64,000 nt of DNA from Ignavibacteriales bacterium (GCA_016177735.1 JACOUS010000026.1:2375-66374); one strand, 5' to 3'. Positions 30,865 through 41,220 are shown, counted from the first letter of the stretch. Notes: generated by a model from the sequence alone, not told the origin. Numbers and translations are program-made.

Positions 30865-32106
30865 ATGAAAAAGTTAATTAAAAACCCATCTCAAATTGTT
30901 ACTGTTGACACCAACGGCAAACATTGCAAAAATGGAAAAGAATCTTCTCAGGTTAATCTGTTAACCGGTTATTCAATTCTAATTGAAGACGGTTTGATAA
31001 AAGATTTTGTAAAAAATTCTTCTGCCGAAAAACTCAAAGTTGATTTTATAATCGATGCAAAAGATAAAATTGTTCTGCCCGGGTTAGTAGAATGCCACAC
31101 ACACACGGCTTTTGCCGGTTCAAGGGCAAACGAATTCCTAATGAGATTAAAAGGCGCTTCGTACGAAGAAATTGCAGAAGCCGGCGGCGGAATTATTTCT
31201 ACCGTAAAATCCGTCCGTCAGTCTTCGTTTGAAGAATTAATTGCAATAATTAAACCGCGCATCGAAAATTTTATTTCGCAAGGCATCACCACTCTCGAAA
31301 TTAAAAGCGGCTACGGTTTGAGTTATTATGATGAAATAAAACTTCTTCAGGTTATCAACTATTTCAAAAAAAGTATGCCGATTGATATCGTGCCGACTTT
31401 TCTCGGTGCGCACACATTTCCGCCCGAATACAAAAATGATCATCAGAATTACATCAAGTTGATTACCGACGAGATGCTGCCCTTCATCATAAAAAATAAT
31501 CTTGCTGAATTTGTGGATGCGTTCTGCGAAAAAAGTGCCTTCAGCGCAAACGAAGTTGATAAAATTTTTTCCAAAGCAGTTAAACTCGGTTATAAACTTC
31601 GCCTCCACACAGAACAATTTAATAATATTGGCGGCTTGGATGTTGCGATCAAACATAATTCCCTTTCGGCAGACCATCTCGAAGTAATTTCGGAAAATGA
31701 TATTGAAAAATTTTCATATAGTGAAATTGTTGCTGTACTTCTTCCCGGAGTTTCATTTTTCCTCGGCTGCAATTATGCACCGGCGCGCACTTTGATTGAC
31801 AGCGGTGCAGCTGTTGCGCTTTCGACTGATTTTAATCCGGGTTCATCGAACATCAGCAGTCTGCATTTCATAATGTCGCTCGCCGCTCTGCAAATGAAAA
31901 TGAGCGCAGAAGAAATTATTAGTGCCGTCACAATCAACGCGGCAAAGGCATTGGACTTACAGACAAAATTGGGAAGCATTGAAATCGGCAAGCAAGCCGA
32001 TTTTGCCGTGTTCGATGCAAAAGAATATTCTGAAATTATTTATAATATCGGAAGTAACTTAAATGTTATGACGGTAAAAAAAGGCGAAATCATTTTCCAA
32101 AAGTAA
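30865..32106 (+). CDS. hutI: Imidazolonepropionase
   Basis: 413 aa amidohydrolase with CHTH metal motif and FNPGSS. Confidence 0.9.
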   Translation: MKKLIKNPSQIVTVDTNGKHCKNGKESSQVNLLTGYSILIEDGLIKDFVKNSSAEKLKVDFIIDAKDKIVLPGLVECHTHTAFAGSRANEFLMRLKGASYEEIAEAGGGIISTVKSVRQSSFEELIAIIKPRIENFISQGITTLEIKSGYGLSYYDEIKLLQVINYFKKSMPIDIVPTFLGAHTFPPEYKNDHQNYIKLITDEMLPFIIKNNLAEFVDAFCEKSAFSANEVDKIFSKAVKLGYKLRLHTEQFNNIGGLDVAIKHNSLSADHLEVISENDIEKFSYSEIVAVLLPGVSFFLGCNYAPARTLIDSGAAVALSTDFNPGSSNISSLHFIMSLAALQMKMSAEEIISAVTINAAKALDLQTKLGSIEIGKQADFAVFDAKEYSEIIYNIGSNLNVMTVKKGEIIFQK

Positions 32107-32118
32107 TGCGGAGAAAAA

Positions 32119-33135
32119 ATGAAAATCATCGAATGTGTTCCAAATTTCAGCGAAGGAAGAAATCATCAGACATTCGAAGCAATTAAGCAGGCAATTAGTT
32201 CTACAAAAGATGTTAAACTGTTGAGTCTTGAACCCGATGCAGATTATAACCGCGTAGTTGTTACACTTGCCGGAAACGATGAAGGAATTTTAAACGGTGC
32301 ATTGAACACATGCCGCGCAGCCGCTGAACATATTGATATGCGCGTTCACAAAGGTGAACATCCGCGGCTGGGTGCAATTGATATTGTACCGTTTGTACCG
32401 GTTGCAAATTCAACTACCGAAGAATGCGTTGCAATTTCCGAAAAGTTTGCTGCAATAATTTCAAAAGAATTAAATGTGCCGGTCTATCTTTATGAAAGCG
32501 CCGCACGCAGACCCGAAAGAAAAAGTCTGCCGAATATACGGCAAGGTGAATACGAAGGTCTGGAAGAAAAATTAAAAGATCCGAAATGGCTGCCGGATTT
32601 TGGCGAAGCAGTGTTCAATCCGAAACTCGGCGCAATTGTAACCGGCTCACGTTTCTTTTTGATTGCATACAATGTGAACATCAGATCCACCGATGTAAAG
32701 TTCGCAAAAGAGATCGGCGAAGTTCTGCGTGAGAGCGGCTACTCAAAACGCGATGCCGACGGTAACATAATAAAAGTAGAAGGCAAACCCGTCAAAGTTC
32801 CGGGCAGATTGAAAGAAGTTAAAGGCATGGGCGTTAGTTTGGAAAAATATAATTTAACACAAGTATCGATGAACTTAACAAACTATAACGTTACACCGGT
32901 GCACATTGCTTTTGAAGAAGTGAAAAAAGAAGCGGCTCGGCTTGGCATTGAAGTCAGAGGAAGTGAAATTGTCGGACTCGTTCCTCTTCAAGCTTTGCTC
33001 GAAGCCGGAAAATTTTACACAAATAACAAAGAAACAAACAAGAAAAAATTAGTTGAATCAGCAATTGAAAATCTCGGTTTGAGTTCGTTAAATCCATTCA
33101 AGCCGGAAGAAAAAATAATTGAATACATGATCTGA
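32119..33135 (+). CDS. Glutamate formimidoyltransferase (FTCD N-terminal-type)
   Basis: 338 aa. Starts with the diagnostic MKIIECVPNFSEGR. Confidence 0.9.
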   Translation: MKIIECVPNFSEGRNHQTFEAIKQAISSTKDVKLLSLEPDADYNRVVVTLAGNDEGILNGALNTCRAAAEHIDMRVHKGEHPRLGAIDIVPFVPVANSTTEECVAISEKFAAIISKELNVPVYLYESAARRPERKSLPNIRQGEYEGLEEKLKDPKWLPDFGEAVFNPKLGAIVTGSRFFLIAYNVNIRSTDVKFAKEIGEVLRESGYSKRDADGNIIKVEGKPVKVPGRLKEVKGMGVSLEKYNLTQVSMNLTNYNVTPVHIAFEEVKKEAARLGIEVRGSEIVGLVPLQALLEAGKFYTNNKETNKKKLVESAIENLGLSSLNPFKPEEKIIEYMI

Positions 33136-33305
33136 AATTCTGAGGCACGAAGTGACGGAGGATCCCCTACCTACTTGTGTTTGAGATTTAATATTTGGCA
33201 AGAGTCTAAGTTTACAATGAACAAACTACTGACGCAAAACTGGGATTAGCAAACACAATAAGTTATGAGATTCTTCGTCCCGACTTTAGTCGGAACTCAG
33301 AATTT
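33135..33305. repeat. Intergenic element B: nested stems around a core related to element A
   Basis: Outer stem AAATTCTGAG (33135-33144) pairs with CTCAGAATTT (33296-33305). Inner stem ACGAAG (33147-33152) pairs with CTTCGT (33273-33278). Hairpin CCGACTTTAGTCGG at 33280-33293. Confidence 0.4.
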
Positions 33306-33322
33306 AAAAATAAGGAGTTGTC

Positions 33323-33955
33323 ATGAACCTGAATCAAACATTACAGCAATACTTTGATGATTTATCATCCAACGCACCAACACCCGGCGGCGGCAACGTT
33401 TCAGCTTTGTGCGGTGCGTTGTCGGCAAGTTTGGGAACGATGGTTTGTAGTCTTACAATCGGTAAGAAAAAATATGCCGACGTTGAAAATGAAATGAAGG
33501 AGTTGAAACCAAAACTCGAACAGTATCAAAAAAACTTTTTCGAGCTTGCACAAAAAGATAACGAAGCATTTAACAAAGTGATGGATGCATTTAAACTTCC
33601 GAAAGAAACGGATGCCGATAAAGAATTTCGTTCACAAAAAATTGAAGAAGCCACAATTGAAGCCGCCGAAGTTCCTTCCGATGCGATGAAAAATTGCTAC
33701 GACATTCTTCCACTATTAAAGATTGTTGCAGAACGAGGAAACAAAAATTCTCTTTCGGATGCCGGAGTTGCAATTGCATTAACAAGAACTGCAGTGCACG
33801 GCGCTTATTTGAATGTGCTGATTAACTGCTCTTCGTTGAATAATCAAACAATTGCAGACGAAATTAGAAAGCGCGCAGAAATTATTTTTGACGAGGTTGA
33901 AAATCTTACAACTGTTCTTCTCGACTCGATTACAAAATCGATGATGCCGTCATGA
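33323..33955 (+). CDS. Formiminotetrahydrofolate cyclodeaminase / methenyl-THF cyclohydrolase family protein
   Basis: 210 aa all-helical protein with PTPGGGNVSALCGALSASL. AAGGAG Shine-Dalgarno motif upstream. Confidence 0.85.
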   Translation: MNLNQTLQQYFDDLSSNAPTPGGGNVSALCGALSASLGTMVCSLTIGKKKYADVENEMKELKPKLEQYQKNFFELAQKDNEAFNKVMDAFKLPKETDADKEFRSQKIEEATIEAAEVPSDAMKNCYDILPLLKIVAERGNKNSLSDAGVAIALTRTAVHGAYLNVLINCSSLNNQTIADEIRKRAEIIFDEVENLTTVLLDSITKSMMPS

Positions 33956-35184
33956 AAAAAATTCTAATTCTACTTTTTGTTTCAGTTACTGTTCTGTTCG
34001 CGCAGAATCAAAAAGTATTATTAGGAATTGATCTACTTGAACGTGATAACTTTTCGATACTAAACGGAAAGCGCGTTGGATTAATAACCAATCACACCGG
34101 CGTTAACAGCAATCTTGTATCAACGGTTGATCTTTTTAACAAAGCAGACAATTTTGATCTCGTTTCTGTTTTCAGTCCCGAACACGGATTCCGCGGATTT
34201 AATTCTGCCGGTGAATCTGTTGAGGATTACACAGACAGCACCGCCGGCATAAAATATTATTCGCTTTACGGCAAACGGCAAAAACCTACGGCAAAAATGC
34301 TTGCCGATATTGATCTGCTTGTTTACGATATTCAAGATATCGGATGCAGAGCGTACACTTATATTTCAACTTTGGGTTACTGCATGGAAGCGGCGGCAGA
34401 AAACAATATTGAATTTATTGTACTCGACCGCCCGAATCCGCTCGGCGGCTTGCGGATAGAAGGAAACATTGTTGAAGATAATTTTATTTCATTCGTGAGC
34501 CGCTTTAAAATTCCTTACGTGTACGGCTTAACTTGCGGCGAGCTTGCTTACCTTTTAAATGAAGAAAAAATGTTAAACGGCGGCGCTCACTGCAAACTTA
34601 ACATTGTAAAAATGAATGGCTGGCAAAGATGGATGCACTTTGAAGATACCGGTTTAATTTGGGTGCCCACTTCTGCAAATGTTCCGTTTAGTCAAATTCC
34701 TTTTTATTTGGTCGGCACCGGCGTGCTTGGCGAACTTGTGACAATTTCTATCGGCATAAGTTACACTCTCCCCTTCCAAACTTTTGCCGCAGAGTGGATT
34801 AATGCAGACACGCTTGCAGACCGAATGAACAAACTAAATTTAAGCGGAGTAATTTTCAGACCGCTTTCGTACAAAACCAATTACGGAATATGGCTCGATA
34901 AAATTTTGCACGGCGTTCAAATTCATATCACAGATTTCAATAGTGTCAATCTTCTACAACTCCAATTTTATTTTATGCAAGTCAATAACGAGTTGTGCCC
35001 CAACAAAAAAATTTTTGATCTCGCGGATTCTTCACGTATAAAAATGTTTGATAAAGTTATAGGCACGGATAAAATTAGACTGAAATTTTCGGAGTGCTAC
35101 AAAGTTGATGACATCAAAGAATATTTGGACAAAGATGTTGATAGTTTCAAAAAACTATCGGCAAAGTATTATTTGTATAATTAA
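33952..35184 (+). CDS. DUF1343 family protein (exo-beta-N-acetylmuramidase NamZ-like)
   Basis: 410 aa. Signal peptide, then GKRVGLITNHTGV and FSPEHGFRG motifs. Confidence 0.8.
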   Translation: MKKILILLFVSVTVLFAQNQKVLLGIDLLERDNFSILNGKRVGLITNHTGVNSNLVSTVDLFNKADNFDLVSVFSPEHGFRGFNSAGESVEDYTDSTAGIKYYSLYGKRQKPTAKMLADIDLLVYDIQDIGCRAYTYISTLGYCMEAAAENNIEFIVLDRPNPLGGLRIEGNIVEDNFISFVSRFKIPYVYGLTCGELAYLLNEEKMLNGGAHCKLNIVKMNGWQRWMHFEDTGLIWVPTSANVPFSQIPFYLVGTGVLGELVTISIGISYTLPFQTFAAEWINADTLADRMNKLNLSGVIFRPLSYKTNYGIWLDKILHGVQIHITDFNSVNLLQLQFYFMQVNNELCPNKKIFDLADSSRIKMFDKVIGTDKIRLKFSECYKVDDIKEYLDKDVDSFKKLSAKYYLYN

Positions 35185-35198
35185 TGTTGATCATAAAA

Positions 35199-35456
35199 CT
35201 ACTTTGAGCGATAAATTTCTTTCCGGTACCCTGCACGTAGAATAACGATTTTATCTTTTTCTAAATCAAAAATTATACGGTAATCCCACACGCGAAAACG
35301 GTAACTTCCTATTTCAGAATTGATGAGTTTCTCAGAGTATTTTATCGGCGAGTCGGTAAAAAATTCTAAAGCGGATTTAAGTCGTTATTTAGTATGTCCA
35401 TCAAGCCGTTGAATATCTTTGACGGCGCGTTTCGTATAAACAAATTCGAATTTCAT
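35199..35456 (-). pseudogene. RelE/ParE-family toxin interrupted by an in-frame TAA at codon 24
   Basis: Reads MKFEFVYTKRAVKDIQRLDGHTK*RLKSALEFF...SYRFRVWDYRIIFDLEKDKIVILRAGYRKEIY. TAA at 35387..35385. ATGA overlap with the upstream antitoxin. Confidence 0.7.
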
Positions 35457-35596
35457 TTGCTTTTGAAAACTTCATCGTGAGTGTATGTACACACTTTCTT
35501 ATAATCTTCTCGGGCTTCTCGAATACTCTTTAGGTATTCTGGACTCACTGCGGCGAGAATATCTTCAATCAATAAGGCACGTTCATTTTTTTTCAT
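35453..35596 (-). CDS. Putative small antitoxin (addiction-module component-like)
   Basis: 47 aa, unlisted: MKKNERALLIEDILAAVSPEYLKSIREAREDYKKVCTYTHDEVFKSK. Positioned and coupled as the first gene of a toxin-antitoxin pair. Confidence 0.5.
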   Translation of the reverse strand: MKKNERALLIEDILAAVSPEYLKSIREAREDYKKVCTYTHDEVFKSK

Positions 35597-35748
35597 TCTC
35601 TAATTGCATTAATAATTTGTTCGGGCGTGATATTAATTCCTATCGAAATATCCATTTGTTTATTTCCTATTATGATTTTTCACATATTCACTACCGGCAG
35701 GCTACGAAAAAAGAATAAGGAGTGTCAACATTCAAATGTAAGGTACAA

Positions 35749-37422
35749 TTAATCTTGATTTAATATTATCTCTCCCACGGGCCAGCGTGCACGGAGATTT
35801 AGAGTATCGGGATAGAATGTAAATTTCTCCGCTTGTTTGAACGGCTTTACCGAACCGTAACTGTAAACGCTGTCGTTGTTGCTATCGATAAAACTCCACA
35901 ACAAATATTTGCCCGGCACAATTTTCTTCATGCTGAATGTTTTGTTCGATTTAACTTTTTGTTTGTAAATATTTTTTTCGGGAGGGACACTTTTTAACAC
36001 AACAAAAGTATTTGCGGAATCTTCACTGTTCACAACATTGCCGGATACACCGGAAAAATCGAGCTCGCTTGCGGTTGTAAATTTCGATTCATAAACCGTA
36101 TCGCGTTTGTTGCCGCTTGCATCTTTTATATCCCGCAAATCGATCTTCAATTCGTAATCGGTTTTCTGTTTTAAGTTTGTCCCGATACGAATATCAAACT
36201 CGGCATCATCTTTGCGTTTGACATCAAAAGGAACAAAAATTTTCTTGCTGTCTTCAACTACTATTTTCTTTTCGATATCATTTAGTTCAACGCCATCATC
36301 AAACTTCACGGTAACTACCGGCTCATCGTAATCAATTTTATTTTCCTGATACTGACCAATTATTTTACTAACCGAAGGCACAACAGTGTCTTTTTCCGTT
36401 TTGACAGAAAATTGAGTTTCCTCTCTGCCGGAAAGATTGCCGGAGCGGTCAATAATTTTCTCGCTGACCAGATAATAATTGTTTTGTGGGATAAGCGAAT
36501 CAGCAATGCCGATAAAAAATTGTTTATCGCGTGCCGAACCTTTGAAAAAATATTTCGGCACTCTTTGCTTTTGAGCGGTTGAATCATAAATGTAAAAGTT
36601 CGATACCGAAATTTTACTGCTGTCAACCGGTTCGGTGAATTCAACAAGCAGATGATTTGCATCATTCATCCTAACATTTGATATTGAGGGCGGCAGAGTG
36701 TCTTCAATCGTTAAAAAGAAATCCACATTCTCGATCTTATTTTTTTCTGTTGATAAAATAATTTCTTTGAACTGCACACCGTATTCATCTTCGTTGCGGG
36801 CATATTTGAAATCCCTGAGCCTATCTTTGAATGCGAACAAATCATATTTACCCAAACCCAAACCGAGCAAAGTATATTTTCCGTTCTTCCCGACTTGCGA
36901 AATGTAATCCGGTTTTTGATTTGTAGGATCGGGCTCGTCATTCAAATGTTTGTATGCAAAAACCATCACACCGACCGGTTCATCATCATAAACTTTGCCG
37001 GCTATTGTTCCGTTATCAACTTGGCTGCCGGTTGAAAATGCAAACGTAAAGGGCTCTTCCATTTTGTTATGGTTGTTCAAATCTGCTACATCAGCACCGA
37101 TGGTAATTGTGTACGTTGTATTTTCTTTGAGTGTATCTTTGAAATAAACCGAGAGTGTTCTTCCGCTCCAATCATATTCCACACCTTTTCCAATCGGCGG
37201 TGAAATAAAAATTGCTTCTTGTGCAGATCTTTTTTCAACGTACTCGCTAAAAGTTATTTCGAAATAATCACCTTTATAATTGATTGCACCGTTAAGCGGG
37301 AAGACTTCAAGAATTTGCGGAGAAACTTTATCTACTTCTCCTCCGCCCGGCGGAAGTTGGTTTGCACATCTTGCAATAATTATAGAGAGCAGAAGAAAAA
37401 TTAATTTTGATTTGCGCGCCAT
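35749..37422 (-). CDS. Lipoprotein with Ig-like (SbsA/Big-type) repeats
   Basis: 557 aa. Lipobox IIIARC, then VDKVSPQILEVFPLNGA typical of Ig-like domain proteins. Confidence 0.55.
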   Translation of the reverse strand: MARKSKLIFLLLSIIIARCANQLPPGGGEVDKVSPQILEVFPLNGAINYKGDYFEITFSEYVEKRSAQEAIFISPPIGKGVEYDWSGRTLSVYFKDTLKENTTYTITIGADVADLNNHNKMEEPFTFAFSTGSQVDNGTIAGKVYDDEPVGVMVFAYKHLNDEPDPTNQKPDYISQVGKNGKYTLLGLGLGKYDLFAFKDRLRDFKYARNEDEYGVQFKEIILSTEKNKIENVDFFLTIEDTLPPSISNVRMNDANHLLVEFTEPVDSSKISVSNFYIYDSTAQKQRVPKYFFKGSARDKQFFIGIADSLIPQNNYYLVSEKIIDRSGNLSGREETQFSVKTEKDTVVPSVSKIIGQYQENKIDYDEPVVTVKFDDGVELNDIEKKIVVEDSKKIFVPFDVKRKDDAEFDIRIGTNLKQKTDYELKIDLRDIKDASGNKRDTVYESKFTTASELDFSGVSGNVVNSEDSANTFVVLKSVPPEKNIYKQKVKSNKTFSMKKIVPGKYLLWSFIDSNNDSVYSYGSVKPFKQAEKFTFYPDTLNLRARWPVGEIILNQD

Positions 37423-38447
37423 TCTCTGTACCGTGCTACGTTTTGAGAGTGATCATTATAAGTTGACGAAAAAAAGTGTCCGCCTTCTCCGTTGGCAACA
37501 AAGTATAAAAATTTGTGCTTCTCCGGAAACAACGCCGCCATAATTGCCTGCTTGCCCGGATTATTAATCGGTGCCGGGGGCAAACCGGCATACTTATATG
37601 TATTGAATTTTGAATCGATCTCCAAATCTTTGCGGTAAATTTTATTTTTTCTTTTATTACGAAGAATATATTGAACTGTTGGATCGGCTTGCAGCAGCAT
37701 TCCCCTTTTCAAACGATTATGATAAACGCCGGATATAGTTTTAAACTCTCCGAACAGATTTGATTCGCCGTCTATTATTGATGCCAAATTTAAAATCTGA
37801 CTCTTGCTCATCTTTAATTCTTTCATTCTCTTCTGCACTTTTTCGTCATCAAAAATTTTGTTCATCTCTTCGGAAAGTTTTCGTAAAACTTCTTCTGCAG
37901 TACTGTTCGAATAAAAATAATATGTTTCAGGCAGTAAATGTCCTTCAAGATTATCAGAATCGATTCGAAGCGAATTTAGAAACGATCTGCTTTTACTAAG
38001 TTCAATAACTTTGTTTGAATCGATTCCAAGTTTTTCATGAAGAAGCGAAGCGAGGTTATTCTGCCAGATACCTTCTGGAATCGTAACAAGTACCTCGGTA
38101 ATTGTTGAGCCGCCGATCAATAATTCAACAAGTTGAAGGTAGCTCAACCCGTTCGGAATATTATATCTGCCCGGTTGTAATTTTCTTTCGGCTCCGTAAA
38201 TGAATGCCGCAATTTTCATGTTTGTTCTGTTCGGAATAACTCCACGCTGGTAAAGTGTGTCAACAATATGTGATAAAATTTCTCCCTTTTTCACTTCTAG
38301 TTGAACCGGTTCTTTGGAATCATAATAATTCGGTGAAAAAAATGTGAAGACCAGTAATGCCAGCGCAAAGAAGAAAAATCCGGCAACAAAATGAATTTCC
38401 CTCCGCGAAAAAATTTCTTTTATATTTTTTTTGCTATTCTGCTCCAA
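37401..38447 (-). CDS. mltG: Endolytic murein transglycosylase MltG (YceG family)
   Basis: 348 aa. N-terminal TM anchor and a conserved LASIIDGES-type region. TTG start. Confidence 0.85.
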   Translation of the reverse strand: MEQNSKKNIKEIFSRREIHFVAGFFFFALALLVFTFFSPNYYDSKEPVQLEVKKGEILSHIVDTLYQRGVIPNRTNMKIAAFIYGAERKLQPGRYNIPNGLSYLQLVELLIGGSTITEVLVTIPEGIWQNNLASLLHEKLGIDSNKVIELSKSRSFLNSLRIDSDNLEGHLLPETYYFYSNSTAEEVLRKLSEEMNKIFDDEKVQKRMKELKMSKSQILNLASIIDGESNLFGEFKTISGVYHNRLKRGMLLQADPTVQYILRNKRKNKIYRKDLEIDSKFNTYKYAGLPPAPINNPGKQAIMAALFPEKHKFLYFVANGEGGHFFSSTYNDHSQNVARYREWRANQN

Positions 38448-38504
38448 CTGATATTCCTTTTAACTTCTGAAAGATATTCAAAATCTTTTTACTGAAAGAG
38501 GCAA

Positions 38505-39572
38505 TTAATTAGTAAGTACAGATGTTTTAATAAGTGTATTTTGATGCAGACTTGGGAAAGCATTTGCGTTGAGTGAATATTCGAATCCGCATTCGTACAG
38601 TTTCAATCCGCGGTAAGCAATCATTGCGGCATTATCTCCGCAGTATTCATTTGCCGGAATAACCAATTTTTTATTGTATTGTTTTGCGATCCTTTCAAAT
38701 TCGGTTCGCAATAATTTGTTTGCAGCTACACCACCCGCTAACGAAATTGAGTTTACATTAAATTTGTGCAACGCTTTTTCAACGTTGTTCGTTAATGATT
38801 TCACAGCAGTTCTTTGGAACGATGCCGCAATTAATGCGAGATCATCTTTGGGAATTCGTTCGGGCGTGCCGTATTCTTTTTGGATAAATCTTAATACGGC
38901 AGTTTTCAATCCGCTGAAAGAAAAATCAAATTCATTTTTGCATTGCGCAACCGGGAAATCAATGAAATCATTTTTTACATTTTCTGAAAGCTGCTGAATT
39001 TTTGGTCCGCCCGGGTAACCGAGCCCGATTAGTTTAGAAACTTTATCGAATGCTTCGCCGGCAGCATCATCAACTGTAGTACCAAGCTGAATTATTTCGG
39101 TATCGCTTTTGACAATTAACAACAATGTGTGTCCGCCGGAAACAACCAAACACAAATACGGAAATTCAGGTTTGTCATCCATTAAAAATCCTGAAAATAT
39201 ATGCCCCTCGATATGATTAACCGGTACAAACGGTTTGTTCAATGAGTACGACAGCCCTTTCGCAAATGTTAATCCGACAAGCAGTGCACCGATTAATCCG
39301 GGTCCGGCTGTTGAGCAGACTAAATCAACATCGCTCAAAGTAATGCTGGATTTTTGCAGCGCTTGCTTGATTAGCGGAAGAAGAATTTGCAGATGTGCTC
39401 TGCTCGAAAGTTCCGGCACTACTCCGCCGAATTCCGTATGGAAATCTTGTGAAGAAATAAGATTGGCATAAAGGCTTCCGTTTTTAATTACTGCAACAGA
39501 AGTCTCATCGCACGATGTTTCAATTCCCAGAACGTTTAGTGTTTCCACCTTTCGATTTCCTATGCTTTGCAA
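38505..39572 (-). CDS. tsaD: tRNA N6-adenosine threonylcarbamoyltransferase
   Basis: LGIETSCDETS, VNHIEGH and GVAAN motifs. The track start is TTG 39572; GTG 39548 (METLNVLGIETS) is equally plausible. Confidence 0.9.
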   Translation of the reverse strand: MQSIGNRKVETLNVLGIETSCDETSVAVIKNGSLYANLISSQDFHTEFGGVVPELSSRAHLQILLPLIKQALQKSSITLSDVDLVCSTAGPGLIGALLVGLTFAKGLSYSLNKPFVPVNHIEGHIFSGFLMDDKPEFPYLCLVVSGGHTLLLIVKSDTEIIQLGTTVDDAAGEAFDKVSKLIGLGYPGGPKIQQLSENVKNDFIDFPVAQCKNEFDFSFSGLKTAVLRFIQKEYGTPERIPKDDLALIAASFQRTAVKSLTNNVEKALHKFNVNSISLAGGVAANKLLRTEFERIAKQYNKKLVIPANEYCGDNAAMIAYRGLKLYECGFEYSLNANAFPSLHQNTLIKTSVLTN

Positions 39573-39637
39573 ACAATTAATTCATTTTGATACTTCGACA
39601 ATAACCTGAACATTAAAAAGATGGAAGCTTTCATGGG

Positions 39638-40537
39638 TTAGTTAAATAAAAAAATACTTTTTGTTATATGCCAAGCCATGTTCGGATTTTCTTGCAGTCT
39701 GCGGATTGAATATTTGTACCAGTGTTCGCCGAACGGAACATATATTCTGATTTTGTAACCGTCGCCATTAATTTTATCACGAAGCCTTTCTTTCACACCA
39801 TAGAGCATCTGAAATTCAAATTTATCCTTCGAAAGATTTTTTTGTTTGATCACCTCGTAAGCTTTTTCAACGAGATAATCATCGTGCGTTGCAATGCCGA
39901 TATAATTTCCGTGTTCCAAAAGGTAATCGACAATTTCTACAAAATTATCGCGCACTTTTTGTTTTTCTTTGAAAGCAATTTCTTCCGGTTCGATATAAAT
40001 ACCCTTGCAGACTCTGTAATTTGTTCCATTCATGCCGGAAGCTTTTACATCGTTAATTGTTCTTCGCAAGTAAGCCTGAATAACCACACCAACATTATTA
40101 TACTTTTGATGAACGCTTCGGTACAATTCAAGAATTGCATTTGTAGTTGAAGAATCTTCCATGTCAATCCGTACAAAATTATTGTAACCTTTTGCTCTTT
40201 CTAAAATTTCTTCAACTTGTGCTAGGCATAAATCTTTATCGATTTCCAAACCGAGTTGAGTAGGTTTCAACGATAAATTTGCATCGAGGTTGTTTTTGTG
40301 GATTGCGTCCAAAACTAGCAAGCATTCTTTTTTTGCTTCCTCGGCTTCTTTTTTTGTTGTGATTGATTCTCCGAGTACATCCATCGTCGCACAGATGCCT
40401 TTTGCATTCAACTCCTTAACAACCTGAACAGCCTCTTCTAATTTTTCGCCGGCGATATACTTTTTCGCAAATACATGGACAACTGATTTGGGAAGTAATT
40501 TTACTACTGAAACGATTAGACTATTAATGGGATTCAC
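39638..40537 (-). CDS. Proline dehydrogenase family protein
   Basis: 299 aa. AKKYIAGE...ATMDVLGE N-terminus and YVPFG...YL.RRL.E C-terminus. GTG start. Confidence 0.8.
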   Translation of the reverse strand: MNPINSLIVSVVKLLPKSVVHVFAKKYIAGEKLEEAVQVVKELNAKGICATMDVLGESITTKKEAEEAKKECLLVLDAIHKNNLDANLSLKPTQLGLEIDKDLCLAQVEEILERAKGYNNFVRIDMEDSSTTNAILELYRSVHQKYNNVGVVIQAYLRRTINDVKASGMNGTNYRVCKGIYIEPEEIAFKEKQKVRDNFVEIVDYLLEHGNYIGIATHDDYLVEKAYEVIKQKNLSKDKFEFQMLYGVKERLRDKINGDGYKIRIYVPFGEHWYKYSIRRLQENPNMAWHITKSIFLFN

Positions 40538-40620
40538 TTCAGCACCTTTTTTTGAAAATTCGTAGGAACAAAATTAGGCGAAGCCGCCGCTTAAGTCAAG
40601 GTAAGATATGCTTGTCCGGC

Positions 40621-41220
40621 TTACCCGGCTAATGTTTTAATTATTCGAAGCATGAAGAAAATTTTTTCCGCCAAAGCTTTTTTTGTAGAATTGTTTTCAA
40701 TAATAAAGTGAGACAATATTTTTTTTTTCGAATCAGGCAGTTGAAACATCAATCTCTTTTTAACTTCGTCGGATTGCACACCGTCTCTTTTAATAACTCT
40801 GTTTATTCTTGTAGTTTCATCACTGCTGACGAGCAGTATATAATCAAACATTTTTTCGATGCGGGCTTCAAATATCAACGCCGATTCAACAAATACAATT
40901 TTCGATTTCGTTTCTTTGATTATTTTTTTTATTTCACGAATTACCGGCGGGTGAACGATCGAATTAATTTTTTCTACGTTCTTCTTTTTTGAAAAAACAT
41001 TTTCCGCGAGAAATTTGGCATTGAGCCCGCCGTTGGAAAAAGTTTCTTCGCCAAAATTTTTTACCAATTGTTTTTTGATTTTGGAATCGGTGAGCATCAA
41101 CTCTTTTGCAAGCAGATCGGAACGAATTACGGAATAACCTTCGCTTTCAATCAAATCGGATACAATTGATTTCCCCGATCCTATATTTCCGGTGATTCCG
41201 ATTACTAATTTTTTCTTCAT
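40621..41220 (-). CDS. coaE: Dephospho-CoA kinase
   Basis: 199 aa. P-loop GITGNIGSGKS. Confidence 0.9.
   Translation of the reverse strand: MKKKLVIGITGNIGSGKSIVSDLIESEGYSVIRSDLLAKELMLTDSKIKKQLVKNFGEETFSNGGLNAKFLAENVFSKKKNVEKINSIVHPPVIREIKKIIKETKSKIVFVESALIFEARIEKMFDYILLVSSDETTRINRVIKRDGVQSDEVKKRLMFQLPDSKKKILSHFIIENNSTKKALAEKIFFMLRIIKTLAG

Noticed and set aside
33135-33305. THF riboswitch upstream of the folate-dependent cyclodeaminase
   Set aside because: I cannot match it to the THF-I or THF-II consensus as I remember them. A related copy (element A) sits in an unrelated respiratory or translation context, in the opposite orientation relative to transcription. A covariance-model scan would settle this.
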